Shown piece by piece: positions 61,932 to 64,000 of a stretch of DNA of 64,000 bases. The first letter of the stretch is position 1, and every line of letters starts with the position of its first letter. Below the pieces are notes generated by a model, which searched no databases, had not been told where the DNA came from, and saw only the letters and a list, made by a program, of their open reading frames with translations. Position numbers and translations under genes: made by a program. This DNA is from Lophium mytilinum. Taxonomy: Eukaryota. Where the stretch lies: contig MU004185.1 in NCBI GenBank assembly GCA_010093605.1, positions 1,075,334 through 1,139,333 on the forward strand, given 5' to 3'.

Positions 61932-62828
61932 ATGCCCTCAATAGGCCCCCAGATACCTCCTCACCTGCTCGCCAAGCGGAAGCGCGACTCCGAAGACGAC
62001 GAATCTCCCAAACCCTCACCAAACCGCTCGAGCAGCCCCGACAGCAGCGACAAGCGACGCAAAGTCCTGGGACCCGCACTACCACCAGCTCCTTTAGATG
62101 AACGACCGCCAGGGAATCCATCGGCCTCAGATTCAGACGACAGTAGCAGCGACGACGATGACTTTGGTCCCGCGCCGCCTCCAGCCAACGGCGCAAATGT
62201 ATGCAGCTCCAGCACTCTCAGCCTTTGGAGTGGCTCCCACTAATTATCTACGTAGACATCAAGCTATGAACCCTCTGAATCTAAATCAGCCTTCGACACC
62301 GACCCCGCATATGCGCCCGCCGCACCCTCCTCCAAACCCCGCCGCGACGAATGGATGATGGTGCCCCCCAAAGCCGACGACCTCGCCGCGCGCATGGATC
62401 CGAGTAAGCAGCGCGCACGCAAATTCAACAGCGGTAAAGGGGCACGCGCGCCCGGAGCTGCAGACGGCGACAACGCTATCTGGACAGAGACGCCGGAGCA
62501 GAAGCGCAAGCGGCTCGCAGATGAAGTTATGGGCGTTGCGCCGGCAGGGAAGGCGAATGTGTCGGCGCGGCAGCAGGCTAGGGATCGAGAGGCGGAGGAG
62601 ACGGCGAGGAGGGTGAGGGAGCACGATGAGCGGCATCGGGGGAAAAGTCTGTTTGAGCGGCATCAGGCTAGTACCACTAAGGAGAAGGAGGATGATCCGA
62701 GTAAGAGGGCGTTTGATAGGGAAAAAGATGTCGCGGCGGGAGTAAGGCTAGGGACGAAGGAGAAGAAGGAGATGCTGAGCAAGGCGGCAGATTTTGGATC
62801 GAGGTTCGAGAGGGGCAGTTTTCTGTAG
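61932..62828 (+). CDS. GPALPP-motif protein (DUF3752), 1 intron
   Basis: MPSIGPQIPPHL, VLGPALPP, DDDFGPAPPP, RDEWMMVPP, IWTETPEQKRKRL, EDDPSKRAFDREKD and FGSRFERGSFL*. Confidence 0.9.
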
Positions 62829-63557
62829 TGGCTTGTGAAAGTGGGAGGAGTGTCTTAAGGGAACTTGGTGATGCTTGGCACGCTGCACACGGCACCTATC
62901 GTAAAACTAGCCCTAGAATCGAACTCTGAACATGTATATGAAGTTCGCACTGAGCCTTACTATACACTGTATGCATGTGAAAAATTTGCAGTATGGCCTC
63001 ATTCAATAGATGCATTTTTCGAATACTCGGTGGTTCACCGCAGGAACTACACGTGGAAACCCTCAGCTTTAAAATATCATGGAATCTACAAGTTGCTAGT
63101 GGCTATCTCAGTTGAATTGAAAACATGCCATGAGTAAAGACGATCAACGCCAAAGCGATTTAAAATGTTGGTAGCGATAGGTACTATACGTACGAGTGGA
63201 GTTGCGGAGCCCACTCCAGCACGAAATAAATTGGATTAAAGAAAGATTCTCCCCCCGACTCGATTCTGAGTTACTAGAATTGAGGAGTGACCTCTCCTGA
63301 ACAGCATGATGGCTCGTTATGTGGTTGCAAACGACGAATACCAAGCCATCCTTTGAAGTGTTGTTTCAGTGGGGCCGATTGTCCACCCTCTGGACCTATC
63401 AATTGGCCGAGACGCTTTGACACACACACCCATGGTACCCTTGTAATTTCACTCACTCCCGAAGGTCGGCTGACTGTTCTCTAGGGTTGGTTTTCGCTCT
63501 AGTTTGTCATGGGCTATATACCAACTATTTTTGCCAACTCTTCATCAATCACCAACA

Positions 63558-63688
63558 GGCGTGGTGGCGGAGTGGTTATCGCGCAAGCCTAGAAAGCTTG
63601 TTCCTTCGGGAGCGCAGGAAAGCGATTTGATTCCTAGCTTCAATACCATCAACTAACAGTGTTATAGGTTCGAGTCCTGCCCACGTCG
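63558..63688 (+). tRNA. tRNA-Ser(AGA) with a 50-nt insert in the T-stem (63618-63667)
   Basis: Acceptor GGCGTGG/CCACGTC plus discriminator G; D-arm/A-box TGGCGGAGTGG; anticodon arm CAAGC-CTAGAAA-GCTTG; long variable arm TTCCTTCGGGAG; T-arm GCAG|G-TTCGAGT-CCTGC; T6 terminator at 63696-63701. Confidence 0.88.
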
Positions 63689-64000
63689 AAATTATCTTTT
63701 TGATTTTCCACATATCTTTTTGCTCCCACGTTGCTCCGGACGGCCAGGACATCAGCAATACGTTTGAACAGTGACTGATAAGCGTGTGCATTCTTTTTGC
63801 CCTTGTGCAATGTGATAGCCGGGGTAATGTGACAACTTTTGCTCGGCTAGCAGCATATGCGCCTATCATCAGTGAATGACATCTACGTGACATCCGGGCA
63901 GGCGAACACGGCATGTCGATAATGTGATGTGATCTTTATGCAGGAAGATGACGGAAGTAACGATGTTCAACCTATAAATCAAGTTCTATGTTACCACAAG

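Overview
Gene-dense window of a filamentous ascomycete (Pezizomycotina) nuclear genome, judged from short GT-AG introns with CTAAC-type branch sites and the gene content. Housekeeping genes: cystathionine gamma-lyase, SF3B1/Hsh155, Dpy-30/Sdc1, RPS13, TOS1-like, PEX13, a UBE2W-like E2, Ssb Hsp70, RPS23, VPS8 and GPALPP1-like. Accessory genes: oleate hydratase, AA16-CBM1, a HET-domain gene, a HeLo-like gene, and a Zn2Cys6 TF next to an NAD(P)-binding enzyme. The most striking non-coding observations are: (1) a tRNA-Ser(AGA) gene whose T-stem is split by a 50-nt insert resembling a spliceosomal intron; (2) two tandem copies of an unidentified structured element with covarying stems and a possible pseudoknot around a variable core (47.2-48.3 kb); (3) a ~96-nt hairpin in a weak-donor Ssb intron; (4) an intronic C/D snoRNA in a non-coding host divergent from RPS13; (5) two TIR elements, one inserted in the first exon of the HET gene; (6) a decayed GIY-YIG/zinc-finger gene followed by a 99-bp tandem array. 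A candidate Atg32/BNIP3-like autophagy receptor is also noted. All calls are by eye; no searches or folding programs were run.
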